From the NCBI GenBank assembly GCA_030606285.1, contig JAUWGS010000012.1, positions 1 through 59,030 of the forward strand: a stretch of DNA of 59,030 bases, given 5' to 3'. Shown here piece by piece: positions 57,631 through 59,030 of this stretch (position 1 is the stretch's first letter; the number at the start of each line of letters is the position of its first letter). Made by a program: the position numbers and the translations under genes. The notes beneath the pieces were generated by a model, which saw only the letters and a program-made list of their open reading frames with translations, had not been told where the DNA came from and ran no database searches. Origin of the DNA: Planctomycetales bacterium (GTDB taxonomy: Bacteria > 4484-113).

Positions 57631-58050
57631 GTGGCGATGCCCAAGCGGAAGAACCAGCCGGGGAGTGTGGACTTCCCGGCGGATGCGCGCAAGCGCGAGG
57701 AAGACGCACGCCGGTGCCCCAAGTGCGACGGCGAGATGGTGCGCGGCGAGTTTTCCTCGGTCGCCAACTTCGGCGTGACCAAAGAGCCCCACTTCGTCGC
57801 CACCTACGGCTGGATGCAGGTCAAGTACGACCGCGCCACCCCCATTGACACGTATATGTGCCTGAAGTGCGGCTACGTGGAATTCTACGGGCGCACGCCG
57901 CTTGCGGTGCTCGACCCCGTAAAGCGCCAGGAGTACGTCAAGGAGCAGTTCCCGGAACTGAAGAAGAAGCTCGAGGAGCAGGAGAAAAAGCAGCGCGAGA
58001 AAGAATCCATGGAAACCCTCCCCGACAGCGACGACCACACGGGGATTTAG
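57631..58050 (+). CDS. Hypothetical zinc-ribbon protein with K/E-rich C-terminus
   Basis: CPKCDG...CLKCGY four-cysteine ribbon. Confidence 0.4.
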   Translation: MAMPKRKNQPGSVDFPADARKREEDARRCPKCDGEMVRGEFSSVANFGVTKEPHFVATYGWMQVKYDRATPIDTYMCLKCGYVEFYGRTPLAVLDPVKRQEYVKEQFPELKKKLEEQEKKQREKESMETLPDSDDHTGI

Positions 58051-58133
58051 CTTCTGTAGGGTGGGGACTTGTGCGCCCAGCCTACTCTGCGGTGTTCCTC
58101 TTTCGAGTAAGCGGTGCGTGCAACCCAGCCGAC

Positions 58134-59030
<897 letters not shown>

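Overview
This 59 kb window is a high-GC chromosomal segment from a diderm (outer-membrane-bearing) bacterium of uncertain phylum. Housekeeping genes alternate with several lower-GC accessory islets. Housekeeping content recognised from protein motifs: asnA, pckA, acyl-CoA dehydrogenase, an uroporphyrinogen decarboxylase (URO-D) family protein, wecB, nadC, coaX, trmFO, rapZ, a DUF72 protein, a flotillin-NfeD pair, nfi, a YchF-like ATPase, tlyA, a divergent PAP2 protein, a GT9 heptosyltransferase and a partial MoxR ATPase. A cobalamin riboswitch at about 8085-8265 precedes an operon of btuD-btuF-btuC-btuB homologues plus a distal beta-propeller surface lipoprotein that may be a BtuG-like B12-capture protein. 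Three large secreted proteins carry dockerin-like repeats, two of them also with PKD domains and one with SBBP beta-propeller repeats; the third is an S8 protease. Accessory and defence content is dense. (1) A TIR-TPR protein built from near-identical tandem DNA repeats. (2) A two-gene wHTH plus nucleotidyltransferase (AbiE-like) pair in a low-GC islet. (3) A TaqI-like gamma-class N6-adenine methyltransferase with a fused target-recognition domain and an unknown partner. (4) A second Type II methyltransferase plus candidate restriction endonuclease pair. (5) An hsdS gene next to a methylase whose N-terminus carries a PD-(D/E)xK HsdR_N-like nuclease module; this looks like a BcgI-type Type IIB system rather than an orphan Type I M+S. 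(6) An hicB-hicA toxin-antitoxin module sitting between tRNA-Pro(CGG) and a 35-bp duplicate of the tRNA 3' end. hicA is absent from the ORF track (59 aa, GTG start). A family of short hairpin units ending in CCCTACAR, together with an 85-bp element with terminal inverted repeats, occurs at seven or more loci. Two of these elements are inserted in-frame inside a surface-protein gene, and one supplies the stop codon of a HicB-like gene. Other details: an in-frame TAG splitting a small gene, an IS21 transposase N-terminal remnant, an 8-G homopolymer in the lipoprotein linker, and a lysine-rich N-terminal tail on a GAPDH-like dehydrogenase.
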